This document shows positions 19,854 to 30,202 of a stretch of DNA of 64,000 bases, piece by piece. Position 1 is the first letter of the stretch. Each line of letters begins with the position of its first letter. Below the pieces are notes generated by a model. That model made no database searches. It saw only the letters and a program-made list of their open reading frames with translations, and was not told the origin of the DNA. The DNA is from Verrucomicrobiia bacterium (GTDB lineage: Bacteria; Verrucomicrobiota; Verrucomicrobiia; Limisphaerales; UBA1319). Made by a program: the position numbers and the translations under genes. The stretch spans positions 768,001 through 832,000 of the forward strand of contig OY760937.1 in assembly GCA_963664225.1 (NCBI GenBank), written 5' to 3'.

Positions 19854-20621
19854 TCAAACTCCTCGAGCTTCCGAAGGCCAAATAACCTTGTGCATCTGGA
19901 CCTGGAAACGGACAGGCAGGGCGTCCGCGATGATTCGATCAGCCAGTTCACGCTGGGTGATCGGCGTTTGATTTGCTGGCGCGGGTTTGACGACGGACTT
20001 CACACTGGATGGCGGCACTGGATGCGCCCAGGACAGGAGAATGGGGCAAATGTCCAGCAGCCGATGTTCAGCAATGCAGTTTTTGGTCCATTCGTAATCC
20101 TGGCGGGAGGTGATCACAAATTTGACTTCGTCTGTCGAACGGAGCAGGGGAATGTTGTCCCACCGGTTGCGTTCGGATTCACCGCTGCCCGGGCATTTGA
20201 TGTCCATGATCCGATGCACCCTGGGATCCACGGGACCGATGTCCAGCGCGCCGCTGGTTTCCAAGAGCACGGTGTAGTTGCGGTCGCAGAGGTCGCGCAT
20301 TAGCACCAGTGAGTTGGCCTGGAGCAGTGGTTCGCCACCGGTCAATTCGATAAGAGGAAGATTGTGAGGCAATCCGGCAGGGCTGGCCTTCGGGCCCATG
20401 GACACAATTTTATCGAGGATTTCATCCAGTCCCATGGGACGGCCTTCGCCAAAGGCATAGGTGGTGTCACAATAGGAACAGCGCAAATTGCAGGCCGTGA
20501 GGCGAACGAAAATACACGGCAAACCCGCAAAGGTGCTTTCCCCTTGCAGGCTGGCATAGATTTCGTTGACGATCAGTTGATCCGCGCCTGATGCGTTTTT
20601 CGTGTCATCCACCGAGGGCAT
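19854..20621 (-). CDS. queE: 7-carboxy-7-deazaguanine synthase (radical SAM)
   Basis: SLQGE, CNLRCSYCDT, TGGEP, QMHK. Confidence 0.88.
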   Translation of the reverse strand: MPSVDDTKNASGADQLIVNEIYASLQGESTFAGLPCIFVRLTACNLRCSYCDTTYAFGEGRPMGLDEILDKIVSMGPKASPAGLPHNLPLIELTGGEPLLQANSLVLMRDLCDRNYTVLLETSGALDIGPVDPRVHRIMDIKCPGSGESERNRWDNIPLLRSTDEVKFVITSRQDYEWTKNCIAEHRLLDICPILLSWAHPVPPSSVKSVVKPAPANQTPITQRELADRIIADALPVRFQVQMHKVIWPSEARGV

Positions 20622-20624
20622 AAA

Positions 20625-22220
20625 TTATTTCCACAGGTATTTCCATCCGCGTGACTCAATATCGATGTTTTGGCCATTGATCTCAACTGATGCGGAAGAA
20701 TTATTGAAGTTTTCGATCACCCAACTGTGATCGGCAAACAGATAGAGCGAAACGCCATTGGGCGCTTTGAAGGTCGTCTTGAAGGGTTTGAGGAACGGTT
20801 CCCGCAGAGTGGCGAGGTCATCGGCGGATAAGGTGAGCAAGGACTTGGGATCTCCCGAGACTTTCAGGATGTGAACATTGGGCGCATCCAGTGGGATTTG
20901 CGATTCAATGCGTTTGGCAAGACCATCGGTCAGGAGCACGGGTTTCTTTGACGCAATATAGGTTTTAAGCTGGTCGATAAAGTGGGGGTCCTTCAGGGCG
21001 TGAATTGAAAAGAAGGCGGCGGGGGCCTTCGAGGGAAATTCGTGGCAAGGATCGAGAGGCAGACCGAGCATGCCGACAAAATCAAAGACGCGGGCTTCCT
21101 TTTCCGGATGACTATTGGCGGGTTTATAGGCGGCGATGCCGGTCAGTTTGCGTTTGCTGACTTCCCTGGCGACCGTGATCAGTTCTGGAACATTGGCGCG
21201 AAAGGCCACCACATCCTTGGGGCCGGTCTGACTTTGCAGGCCGCCGTAACAGAAGAGGAACGATTCGCGCGCGCCGCCCAGGATCGTTTGCCGGGCTTGT
21301 TCGACATAGGTCTGTTCCGTTGTGCCGAGCCAATCGAACCAGCCGCCGCCGCATTTGGAACCGCCAATGCCACCGAGCCAGCGCATGATGAAGAAGCCCT
21401 CGTATTGGGGGGTGCCGCCCCAGTTCTTATTCGTATAATCGCGGGTCTCGGTGCCAACCCAGATGCGGTCGAAATCCGCCGTTTCACGGACGACCTCGTA
21501 ACCTCGATCCTGGAACTGGTCGTACCATTGCGGGTATTTAATGATGACCTTGCACTTTGGATTTATGGCTTTGGAGGCAGCGAGGACGTTGAGACGGGAG
21601 AGTTGAACCATCAGTTCGCAACGGTAGTCTTCCCAGGTATCCCCGGACACGGGAAAGGATGCGGAACCAATTTTAACGGTCTTCGACAATCGGGCGGCGG
21701 AGCAGTCAGGGCATTTGCAATCGGTAAACCAGAAGTCGTCGATCATGATTTCATCGAAGAGACCGGCGGTGTATTCAAAGATGGATTTGAGGCGGTTTTG
21801 TGTGGGGATATCCGTATAGCAGGAGATCGTATCTTTCGAGGCCGAGGAGGGTTTGCCAACCTGGGTGGTGGTGACACAGCCGGAAACAAGAAAACCTTTT
21901 GCCGTAAAACGATCACGGGCCGCGATCATGGTTTCGCGGGGCGCCTGGTAGCCATCGCGAAAGGTTTCCAGAAAAACATGGGTCACGCCTGTGGCATGGC
22001 ACCAGTCGATGGCCTTATCGATGCCGACGTCGTTCGACAGGCTGTCGCGCATGTCCTGCGCTGTGAACAGCGTGGCAAAGCGATGGATATTGACCTGCTT
22101 CGACGCGAGAGTCCACAGGTCACCGGAGGCATTGGTCGATTCGGCGGGCGCGTTTTGAGGAAAGAGTCCGACGCAAATCAGCATCATGCCACAGAGGAAG
22201 CAATGCAGGTTGTTTAGCAT
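20625..22220 (-). CDS. Secreted hypothetical protein, possible glycoside-hydrolase-like barrel
   Basis: Long ORF, signal peptide, DEIMIDDFWFTDCKCPDC Cys cluster. Confidence 0.6.
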   Translation of the reverse strand: MLNNLHCFLCGMMLICVGLFPQNAPAESTNASGDLWTLASKQVNIHRFATLFTAQDMRDSLSNDVGIDKAIDWCHATGVTHVFLETFRDGYQAPRETMIAARDRFTAKGFLVSGCVTTTQVGKPSSASKDTISCYTDIPTQNRLKSIFEYTAGLFDEIMIDDFWFTDCKCPDCSAARLSKTVKIGSASFPVSGDTWEDYRCELMVQLSRLNVLAASKAINPKCKVIIKYPQWYDQFQDRGYEVVRETADFDRIWVGTETRDYTNKNWGGTPQYEGFFIMRWLGGIGGSKCGGGWFDWLGTTEQTYVEQARQTILGGARESFLFCYGGLQSQTGPKDVVAFRANVPELITVAREVSKRKLTGIAAYKPANSHPEKEARVFDFVGMLGLPLDPCHEFPSKAPAAFFSIHALKDPHFIDQLKTYIASKKPVLLTDGLAKRIESQIPLDAPNVHILKVSGDPKSLLTLSADDLATLREPFLKPFKTTFKAPNGVSLYLFADHSWVIENFNNSSASVEINGQNIDIESRGWKYLWK

Positions 22221-22266
22221 GAATTGAGCATAGCCAATATGGGGTTTCTGCGGCAATATTATACTT

Positions 22267-23250
22267 ATGAAACGCATGGTGGCGATTTTGGCAATGGGAC
22301 TTATTTGCGGGTTTGCTTGCGCGCGATCGGCGGAGCGTGTCTCTGAGCCGACCGTTTACAAGGGGATGAGCGACGCTTCGGGCGCGGTGCCGTTGGGGAA
22401 TCGTTATTTTGCGGTGGCGGACGACGAGAGCAATCCATTGCGGATTTATCGGCGCGATGTGGGAGGCCCGCCGGTCCAGGAAGTCGATTTGTCGGGGTTC
22501 CTGGGATACGATCCCAAGTTGCGCGAAGCCGATTGGGAAGCGGGCACCTTGATGGGGAACCGGGCGTTCTGGATCGGATCGCATGGCGCCAACCGGGAGG
22601 GTAAAAACAAACCGAGCCGACACAGGCTTTTTGCAACCGAACTTCAGATTGACGGGGACAATATCAAGCTGACCCCTGTGGGCCAGCCTTACCAGAGCCT
22701 GTTGTCCGACCTGATTCACGCTCCACAACTTTCCGCGTTCGATTTCGAAAGGGGCGCCGAAAAGCCCCCGAAATCCGAGGGGGCATTGAATATCGAAGGT
22801 CTATGCGCAACGCCGGACAAACAGTTATTGATCGGTTTTCGCAATCCCGTTCCTCAAGGCAAGGCGCTGATTGTGCCGCTGAAAAATTCGGACGAGGTCA
22901 TATTCGGAAAGGCCGCACAACTTGGGGATCCCATCCTGTTGGATTTAGGTGGATTGGGAATACGGGATATCGCGTATTACGACGGCACGTATGTTATCAT
23001 TGGCGGGTCCTACCATGAAGGAGGAGCGTTTAAGTTGTTTTTCTGGAAGGGGCCCGGGCACGAGCCCAAACACATCAAACATCTTTCCTTCAAGGGGCTG
23101 AATCCGGAGGCCATCATCATTTATCCCGACAAGGGATTGAGCGAGATTCAACTACTGAGCGATGACGGGACAAAGACCGTCAATGGCATTGCCGCCAGGG
23201 AGACGCCATTTGTGGATCGGCAGTTTCGCGCCATCTGGGTCAAGCCCTGA
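22267..23250 (+). CDS. DUF3616-like secreted protein
   Basis: VADDE, GSHG, LNIEGL, GFRNP, LDLGGLGIRD. Confidence 0.7.
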   Translation: MKRMVAILAMGLICGFACARSAERVSEPTVYKGMSDASGAVPLGNRYFAVADDESNPLRIYRRDVGGPPVQEVDLSGFLGYDPKLREADWEAGTLMGNRAFWIGSHGANREGKNKPSRHRLFATELQIDGDNIKLTPVGQPYQSLLSDLIHAPQLSAFDFERGAEKPPKSEGALNIEGLCATPDKQLLIGFRNPVPQGKALIVPLKNSDEVIFGKAAQLGDPILLDLGGLGIRDIAYYDGTYVIIGGSYHEGGAFKLFFWKGPGHEPKHIKHLSFKGLNPEAIIIYPDKGLSEIQLLSDDGTKTVNGIAARETPFVDRQFRAIWVKP

Positions 23251-23263
23251 GGTCGCCCGGAGT

Positions 23264-23638
23264 TCAATGTTTTTTTTGCGATATGGAGATGGCCTGCTGG
23301 GTGAGGCGTTTCTGGATGCTTCCGCAAACATGCTCGCACAGTTCGAAAATGGTGGGGTCCGAAATAAAATAATAGACGTTTAAACCGCTTTTTCGGCGGG
23401 AGAGGATTCCGGCCTGGGTCAGTGTGCGCAGATGGCGGGAGACATTGGCCTGCTGGGCGCCGGTATCCGCGATAAGTTCGGAGACGTTGCGTTCCCCATC
23501 TTTAAGGGCGGCAATCAATTTGAGGCGCATGGGCTCACCCAGGACGCGGAAGCGATCGGCGATCAAGGCGAGGGCATCCTGAGACAAAGGGAAGGGTGAC
23601 TTTCCATCGTGGATGGACTTGTTCGAAATCGTTTGCAT
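23264..23638 (-). CDS. ArsR/SmtB-family regulator
   Basis: FRVLGEPMRL, QANVSRHL HTH, C-terminal CEHVC. Confidence 0.9.
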   Translation of the reverse strand: MQTISNKSIHDGKSPFPLSQDALALIADRFRVLGEPMRLKLIAALKDGERNVSELIADTGAQQANVSRHLRTLTQAGILSRRKSGLNVYYFISDPTIFELCEHVCGSIQKRLTQQAISISQKKH

Positions 23639-23645
23639 AATACGT

Positions 23646-23665
23646 ATATGACTATATAGTAATAT
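23646..23665. promoter_or_regulatory. Candidate ArsR operator
   Basis: Near-perfect 20-bp palindrome ATATGACTATATAGTAATAT in the divergent intergenic region. Confidence 0.55.
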
Positions 23666-23743
23666 TAACGCTCAGGGCAGTCTCGTCAAGCGCGGGTGCG
23701 CGGGAGGATGGTGAATCCGGGGTGTTCGCGAAAAATACATACT

Positions 23744-23944
23744 ATGAAATTGGAGAGCGCAATCAGGATTCTGGCCGGGTCGCTGGTTTTGATAAGCCTG
23801 GCACTGGCGCATTGGGTCAGCCCGTATTGGTTGTGGCTGACGGCGTTTGTCGGGTTCAATCTGATTCAGTCGGCCTTTACCGGATTTTGTCCGGCCGAAA
23901 TTATTTTCAAGAAGTTGGGAGTTGGGAAACGGGACAAAAACTGA
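23744..23944 (+). CDS. DUF2892 (YgaP-like) small membrane protein
   Basis: Two TMs, FVGFNLIQSAFTGFCP. Confidence 0.85.
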   Translation: MKLESAIRILAGSLVLISLALAHWVSPYWLWLTAFVGFNLIQSAFTGFCPAEIIFKKLGVGKRDKN

Positions 23945-23967
23945 CGGTCTTGCCCGCAAGGAAAATC

Positions 23968-25002
23968 ATGAATCACAAGGGATATCGGGTATTGGTCATC
24001 TGGTTGTCGATGGCTGTAGTTTGGGTGTCGGGTTGCTCCAAGTCGGATTCACTCTCCTCCGCAACCACCATTGCTCCGATGCGCGTCAAGACAGCGAAGG
24101 CGACTTTGGAACGACGTCAGGCGATTGAGGAAGTGGTGGGAACGGTGCGCCCCAAACTCAGCGCTGTGATATCCGCGAAGATTACAGGAGCCATTGAGCA
24201 GGTGGCCGTGGTTCCCGGACAGGCTGTGAAAACGGGCGAATTACTGATCCAACTCGATGCGCGTGAGGCCCGGTCGCGGGTGGACCAGGCTTCGGCGGTC
24301 CTTGAGCAGACCCGCAACGATATTGGGCGGTTCGATCGCCTGCTTGCCGACAAAGCGGTGACCCAGCAGGAATATGACGTGGTAAAGGCCCGGCAACTTG
24401 TGGCACAGGCCACCATGACCGAAGCGGAAACGATGCTCAGTTATACGCGCATCACCGCGCCATTCGATGGAGTGATCACGCGCAAGCATGCGGATGTGGG
24501 GGATTTATCCGCGCCGGGAAAGACCTTGCTTGAAATGGAAGCACCGGGGGAGTTGCGTTTGGAGGCGGATGTGTCCGAAGCCGCAATGGCGCGTGTCGTT
24601 CAGGGAGAGAAAATGATGGTGAACATACCCGCGGCAACGGCTCAATTGGAGGCTACGGTTTCTGAAATTGCACCTGCCGCAGATGCCGGAAGCCGCACGG
24701 TGCTGGTCAAACTGGACCTTCCAAAGGTCTCAGGCATCCGCAGTGGACAGTTTGGAAGGGTGTTTGTGCCTGTGGCGGATGTGGAGGCACTGCGGGTTCC
24801 AGCGGAGTCCGTGATTCATCGGGGACAACTGGAGATCCTGTTTGTCGTGGCCGATCAGAAGGCTCAAATGCGGCTGGTGAAAACGGGCAAGAAAATCGGG
24901 ACGCAAGTGGAGGTGGTTTCGGGATTGATGCCGGGTGAAACCTATGTGGCGGATGGAGCGGCGGCATTAACGGACGGCCAGGCGGTGGAGGCACAGCCGT
25001 GA
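23968..25002 (+). CDS. RND efflux periplasmic adaptor (lipoprotein)
   Basis: Lipobox-like [19 protein letters not shown]. Confidence 0.9.
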   Translation: MNHKGYRVLVIWLSMAVVWVSGCSKSDSLSSATTIAPMRVKTAKATLERRQAIEEVVGTVRPKLSAVISAKITGAIEQVAVVPGQAVKTGELLIQLDAREARSRVDQASAVLEQTRNDIGRFDRLLADKAVTQQEYDVVKARQLVAQATMTEAETMLSYTRITAPFDGVITRKHADVGDLSAPGKTLLEMEAPGELRLEADVSEAAMARVVQGEKMMVNIPAATAQLEATVSEIAPAADAGSRTVLVKLDLPKVSGIRSGQFGRVFVPVADVEALRVPAESVIHRGQLEILFVVADQKAQMRLVKTGKKIGTQVEVVSGLMPGETYVADGAAALTDGQAVEAQP

Positions 25003-28000
25003 CGCAAAAAGAGACACCACGGCTGGGGATTGCCGGGCGAATAGCACATGCCTTTGTCGATTCCAAACTAACGCCGCTGATTATCGCCGCCTCGGTATTG
25101 CTGGGATTGGGAGCCGTTTGGCTGCTGCCCCGCGAGGAGGAACCGCAAATCAAGGTGCCGATGATCGACGTCCTGGTTTCGATGCCTGGCGCGGAGGCCC
25201 GGGAGATTGAGGAGCGCGTGACCCGACCCATGGAAAAACTGCTCTGGGAAATTCCGGGGGTTGAATACATTTATTCCACATCCAGTCCCGGACAGAGCCT
25301 GGTCATTGTGCGATTCCTGGTGGGTGAAGATGTCGAGCGCAGCCTGGTGAAGTTGAACCAAAAGCTGCAGATGAATTTCGACCGTATCCCACACGGTGTT
25401 TCACAGCCTTTAATCAAGCCTCGCACCATCGATGACGTGCCGATATTGAGCCTGACTTTTCATGGAGAGCCATACGATCACCTGATGCTCAGACGCGTGG
25501 TGGCCCAGGTGGACGATGCGCTCAAGCAGGTGCCATTGGTATCCGAAACGACGATCATCGGCGGGGCGCGCAAACAGGTGCGCGTGCAATTGGATCCCGC
25601 CCGGCTGGCTTCACGGAACCTGAGTCCCTCGGGACTCATCCCGATGCTGCAGCAAGCCAATCGGCAGTATGCGTCCGGGCAGTTGACCACCTTGAACAAG
25701 GAGGTCGTGATTGAGACGGGCGGATTCCTGACTTCGGCGGAGGACGCGGGGCATGTGGTCGTGGGAGTGTATCGGGGGAAACCGGTTTATTTAAAGGAAG
25801 TGGCGGATGTGGTGGATGGCGCCGAAGAACCCTCACAGTATGTGTTTTACGGTTGGGGTGCGGCCTCTGGCGGTCTTGCCAGCGAAGAACCGGCTGTCAC
25901 GCTGACGCTGGCCAAAAGGCCGGGTGCCAATGCAACCGATGTTGCGCATCAGGTGTTAAAGAAACTGGACACTTTGAAAGGGCGAATCATTCCCGCATCC
26001 ATCCAAGTCACCGTAACAAGGAACTATGGTGAGACAGCCGCCGAGAAATCGAACGAGCTTTTGCTCCACATGCTGATTGCCGTGGTGGGGGTATCGCTGT
26101 TGATCTTGTTTGTCCTGGGCTGGCGGGAATCTCTGGTTGTGGGGATTGCCATTCCATCGACTCTGGCGCTGGCGTTGCTGGTTTTTTACCTCTACGGATA
26201 TACGCTCAATCGCATCACCCTCTTTGCGCTGATCTTTTCGATCGGCATCCTTGTGGATGATGCCATCGTGGTGATTGAGAATATCGTTCGGCACGCCCGC
26301 CTGCCGCATAATCACGGACGCAGTATGGCGGAGATTGCGGTTGAGGCGGTCAACGAGGTGGGGAATCCAACCATACTGGCAACCTGGGCTGTCATCGCGG
26401 CCATCCTGCCCATGGCCACAGTGGGTGGTTTGATGGGACCGTATATGCGGCCGATCCCGATTGGCGCGAGCGCGGCGATGTTCTTTTCATTGGCCATCGC
26501 ATTTATTGTCACGCCATGGGCCGCAGTGCGGCTGTTAAAGGGATCGCATGTGACGCCGCCGGTAGCGAACAAGGAAACTGCACAAGGGCCTTCGATGGCA
26601 GACAAGCCTTTTGCTCATGAAGAGGATTGGTTTACCCGGCATTATCGTGCGGTGATGGGGCCGTTGCTCTCGCATCGCGGTTGGCGCTGGGGTTTTCTTG
26701 GAGGCATCACCTTGTTATTCATAGGGGCCATGTCGCTGGTCCTCATTGGATGGGTGAAAGTCAAAATGCTGCCATTCGATAACAAGAGCGAATTTCAAAT
26801 CATCTTGAATATGCCCGAGGGTAGCGCGCTGGAACGCACGGCGCAGGCCGCCCGTGAAATCGCGGCGGCCATCCGTAGCGAACCCGAAGTCACCGACTAT
26901 CAGATTTACACCGGTGTGGCGTCGCCTTTTAATTTTAATGGGCTGGTGCGCCATTATTTCATGCGGCGAGGGGCTTATGTGGCGGATATACAAGTGAATC
27001 TGGTCGGCAAAGGCCAGCGCAAGGCGAAGAGTCATCAGATCGCGGTGCGGGTAAGACCGCGTGTCGCGGCCATAGCCGCCAAATACGGGGCGAGGGTGGC
27101 GGTGACTGAAGTGCCACCGGGACCTCCGGTTCTTCAGACACTGGTGGCCGAGGTTTATGGACCCGATGAGGCGTCAAGACTGGATCTCTCAAACAAGGTT
27201 CGGGAAATATTCCAACACACGCCGGGCGTGGTCGATGTGGATTGGTATATGGAGGCTGACCAGCCCAAAGCGCGGTTTGTCATTGATAAGGAAAAGGCGG
27301 CGTTGCATGGCATCAGCGCGGAGACCATCTCGCAAACCTTGAAAATCGCGGTCGAGGGTATTTCCGTGGATCTGGTGCATCAGCCCAGAGAAAAAGAGGA
27401 TGTGGACCTGGTTCTGGAATTGCCGCGTTCCGCCCGAACCACACCGGATGAATTGCTGGCGCTGCGAGTTCGTTCCGGAGACGCCAACGCCCTTACGGAG
27501 CCCGGTTCGGGTGGCGTCGCGCCGCTGGTGCCATTGCGGGAATTGGTGCGTGTCGAAAACACCATCACCGACAAAAGCATTTATCATAAGAACCTGATGC
27601 CCGTGCGGTATGTGATCGGGGATGTCGCCGACGCCATCGAAAGCCCGGTGTATGCCATTTTCAAGATGAACACAGAGTTAAAGAAGCTCAGCTTCAACGA
27701 GGGTGGAAGCACCAATGGCAGGCTGCGTATTTACAACGCGAGCCAGCCGTTCAGCGATATTCAGCCGGGACTCAAATGGGACGGCGAATGGCACATCACG
27801 CTCGAAGTCTTTCGTGATTTGGGCACTGCATTTGCCGCAGTGCTGGTGCTCATTTACATCTTAATGGTGGGGTGGTTTCGCTCATTTCTGACGCCGCTGG
27901 TGGTGATGATGGCCATACCGTTTTCGCTCGTGGGCATCATGCCGGCGCATGGTCTGATGGGCGCCTTTTTTACAGCCACGTCCATGATCGGCTTTATGGC

Positions 28001-28307
28001 CGGGGCTGGAATTGTGGTGCGTAATTCCATCATCCTGGTTGATTTCATCGAACAGCGCATTGCCGAGGGAATGCCCCTGGCCGAGGCGGTGGTCGATGCG
28101 GGCGCGGTTCGATTTCGCCCCATGCTATTAACGGCCATGGCCGTTGTGGTGGGTGCGGCGGTGATTCTCGCGGATCCCATATTTCAAGGACTGGCCATAT
28201 CGCTGATGGCGGGAGAAATCGCGTCACTGTTCATCAGTCGAATGGCGGTGCCGGTGCTTTATTTCATGGCCTACGATAAAAAGCAGCAGCGCAGCGGATC
28301 GGTTTAA
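24999..28307 (+). CDS. RND efflux permease (AcrB/CusA-like)
   Basis: [22 protein letters not shown], 1102 aa. Confidence 0.95.
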   Translation: MTQKETPRLGIAGRIAHAFVDSKLTPLIIAASVLLGLGAVWLLPREEEPQIKVPMIDVLVSMPGAEAREIEERVTRPMEKLLWEIPGVEYIYSTSSPGQSLVIVRFLVGEDVERSLVKLNQKLQMNFDRIPHGVSQPLIKPRTIDDVPILSLTFHGEPYDHLMLRRVVAQVDDALKQVPLVSETTIIGGARKQVRVQLDPARLASRNLSPSGLIPMLQQANRQYASGQLTTLNKEVVIETGGFLTSAEDAGHVVVGVYRGKPVYLKEVADVVDGAEEPSQYVFYGWGAASGGLASEEPAVTLTLAKRPGANATDVAHQVLKKLDTLKGRIIPASIQVTVTRNYGETAAEKSNELLLHMLIAVVGVSLLILFVLGWRESLVVGIAIPSTLALALLVFYLYGYTLNRITLFALIFSIGILVDDAIVVIENIVRHARLPHNHGRSMAEIAVEAVNEVGNPTILATWAVIAAILPMATVGGLMGPYMRPIPIGASAAMFFSLAIAFIVTPWAAVRLLKGSHVTPPVANKETAQGPSMADKPFAHEEDWFTRHYRAVMGPLLSHRGWRWGFLGGITLLFIGAMSLVLIGWVKVKMLPFDNKSEFQIILNMPEGSALERTAQAAREIAAAIRSEPEVTDYQIYTGVASPFNFNGLVRHYFMRRGAYVADIQVNLVGKGQRKAKSHQIAVRVRPRVAAIAAKYGARVAVTEVPPGPPVLQTLVAEVYGPDEASRLDLSNKVREIFQHTPGVVDVDWYMEADQPKARFVIDKEKAALHGISAETISQTLKIAVEGISVDLVHQPREKEDVDLVLELPRSARTTPDELLALRVRSGDANALTEPGSGGVAPLVPLRELVRVENTITDKSIYHKNLMPVRYVIGDVADAIESPVYAIFKMNTELKKLSFNEGGSTNGRLRIYNASQPFSDIQPGLKWDGEWHITLEVFRDLGTAFAAVLVLIYILMVGWFRSFLTPLVVMMAIPFSLVGIMPAHGLMGAFFTATSMIGFMAGAGIVVRNSIILVDFIEQRIAEGMPLAEAVVDAGAVRFRPMLLTAMAVVVGAAVILADPIFQGLAISLMAGEIASLFISRMAVPVLYFMAYDKKQQRSGSV

Positions 28308-28338
28308 TGAGAGGCGCGATGGAATGCCATTTGGAATG

Positions 28339-29154
28339 CTATTCCATGCCGCGCGTTTGAATTCTCAGCTTTTTTTCGATCGTGGGACGGTCCACTGCGG
28401 CGAGGGCGTCCAATAAGCGGACTTGAAAAGTCCCGGGAAGCGGTGTGCCTTGGGCGGCCAGTTCGCCCGCGATGCCAAACACACCCAGTGCGGCCGTTGC
28501 AGCGACAAATGCCTCTTTTTCCCTGGCACAAAACGCGGCGGTGATGGCGGAAGCGGAGCAACCGGTGCCTGTGATTCGCCCCATGAGCGCATGGCCGTTT
28601 GCGATCAAAGCGACACGCTGACCGTCCGTGACAAAATCTTCAGGACCGGTCATCGCCACCGTCACTCCATATTTTTTGGCCAGCGATCTGGCGGCGGCGT
28701 GAGCCGTGTCCATTGCGTCCTGGGAATCCACCCCACGCGTGCGGGATGGCTGGTCAGAAAGGGTCAGAATTTCAGAGGCGTTTCCGCGGATTACGGCGGG
28801 CTTGAGTTCCGCGATAAGGCGTTTGGCGGTATCCGTTCGAAAATGGGTCGCACCCGCCCCAACAGGATCCAGAACGATGGGAATCTTGAGCCGATTGGCG
28901 GCCCGGCCCGCCAGCAACATGGCATCGATCCAGGGTGTCGAAAGGGTGCCGATGTTCAGGACCAGGGCCCCGGATAATGCAACCATTTCCTCCACCTCTT
29001 CCGGGGCATGCGCCATTACAGGCGAAGCTCCCAATGCAAGCAGCACATTTGCGGTGAAATTCATCACCACGAAGTTGGTGATATTATGAATCAACGGCGG
29101 ATTGTTGCGAATGGCTTCCAACAGATCCGCCGTTTTTGCGGGCCAATTACTCAA
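28339..29154 (-). CDS. thiM: Hydroxyethylthiazole kinase
   Basis: [30 protein letters not shown]. Confidence 0.95.
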   Translation of the reverse strand: MSNWPAKTADLLEAIRNNPPLIHNITNFVVMNFTANVLLALGASPVMAHAPEEVEEMVALSGALVLNIGTLSTPWIDAMLLAGRAANRLKIPIVLDPVGAGATHFRTDTAKRLIAELKPAVIRGNASEILTLSDQPSRTRGVDSQDAMDTAHAAARSLAKKYGVTVAMTGPEDFVTDGQRVALIANGHALMGRITGTGCSASAITAAFCAREKEAFVAATAALGVFGIAGELAAQGTPLPGTFQVRLLDALAAVDRPTIEKKLRIQTRGME

Positions 29155-29215
29155 GCGGTTTCCTTTGAAAAAAAACTGGACGTAAGTGAAAAAGCTTCTG
29201 GGAGGACCATTGTTG

Positions 29216-29348
29216 AACCCCTCTCCTCATTCCTCTCCCCGTTCGTGCCAATTCAGGTTTTGGGGCGAGGAGGTAGAACGCGCGTTCGGGTCATTCCGTT
29301 GAGTGAGGGCGTTTTCCGGACGCCGGGTGAGGGCACCCGGCCTACAGG
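29216..29348. repeat. REP-like palindromic repeats
   Basis: CCCCTCTCCTCATTCCTCTCCCCGTTCGTGCC and GCCGGGTGAGGGCACCCGGC; relatives at 3075/4267, 4346 and 33452. Confidence 0.6.
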
Positions 29349-29438
29349 GACAAAGCCTCGGACGCAATTTCATGTCGTTTTAAAGTTATATTCGGGTTCC
29401 TGAAGAATTTGTCGTGCGCCCAGAATTAACGTGTTTAA

Positions 29439-30173
29439 TCAATGAGACTTGCGTTTTTGCTCCAGAAGCCAGGTGTAGAGCTTGGGATTATTGTAGGTCT
29501 CCGTCCATGAATCATGACCCGCCTCGGGGTAAACAGTGAACTGCACGTTGCCTCCAGCCTCTTTGATGGCCTTGACCATGCGCTCGGACTGTTCCAAGGG
29601 AACCGTATTGTCCTTGCCGCCGTGGAACACCCAGATGGGGATATCCTTCAATTTGGACGCATCAGCCGGATTGCCACCCCCGCAGATGGGCACCAGGGCT
29701 GCGAAGCGCTCCGGATGAGCGGCCCCCAAGGCCCAGGTTCCATATCCGCCCATGCTCAGTCCGGTGAGATAAATGCGATCCTTGTCCACTTTGTATTTGG
29801 CAACAATATCGTCAAGAAGCGCATTCAGCACTTCAGGGTTCCAGCCGCGGCCCGAACTTTGCGGGGATACGAGGATGAACGGGAAGTCCTTTTTGGTTTC
29901 AACGATCTTGGCGGGACCATGTGCCTTGACTTTCGACAGGTCGTCACCCGATTCGCCGGATCCATGCAGAAAGAGCATCAGCGGCCATTGCTTGTCGGTC
30001 TTGCCATAATCCGTGGGCAGGAAGAGGAGATACTTGATGCGCGCCTTGGACTGGATGTCCTTTTCAAAAAGGTTTTCGCTCTGGCTTTGACCGCGAGCGG
30101 GCAGGGTGGATAGCGCGGTTAAAACGACCGCAACCATCAGAGATCCCAGTATCCGGGAACAGTTTGTTTTCAT
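29439..30173 (-). CDS. Secreted alpha/beta hydrolase (esterase/peptidase-like)
   Basis: LHGSGE, GLSMGG nucleophile, FHGGKD, GHDSW. Confidence 0.85.
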   Translation of the reverse strand: MKTNCSRILGSLMVAVVLTALSTLPARGQSQSENLFEKDIQSKARIKYLLFLPTDYGKTDKQWPLMLFLHGSGESGDDLSKVKAHGPAKIVETKKDFPFILVSPQSSGRGWNPEVLNALLDDIVAKYKVDKDRIYLTGLSMGGYGTWALGAAHPERFAALVPICGGGNPADASKLKDIPIWVFHGGKDNTVPLEQSERMVKAIKEAGGNVQFTVYPEAGHDSWTETYNNPKLYTWLLEQKRKSH

Positions 30174-30202
30174 AGGGCGTTATTTTTTAGAGGCCAGTTT
30201 GT

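Noticed and set aside
19854..20621. queE as part of a dpd DNA-modification island
   Set aside because: Neighbours are housekeeping genes; no dpdA/tgt paralogue.
29155..29438. TPP riboswitch upstream of thiM
   Set aside because: No recognisable TPP aptamer core; the region holds REP-like repeats.
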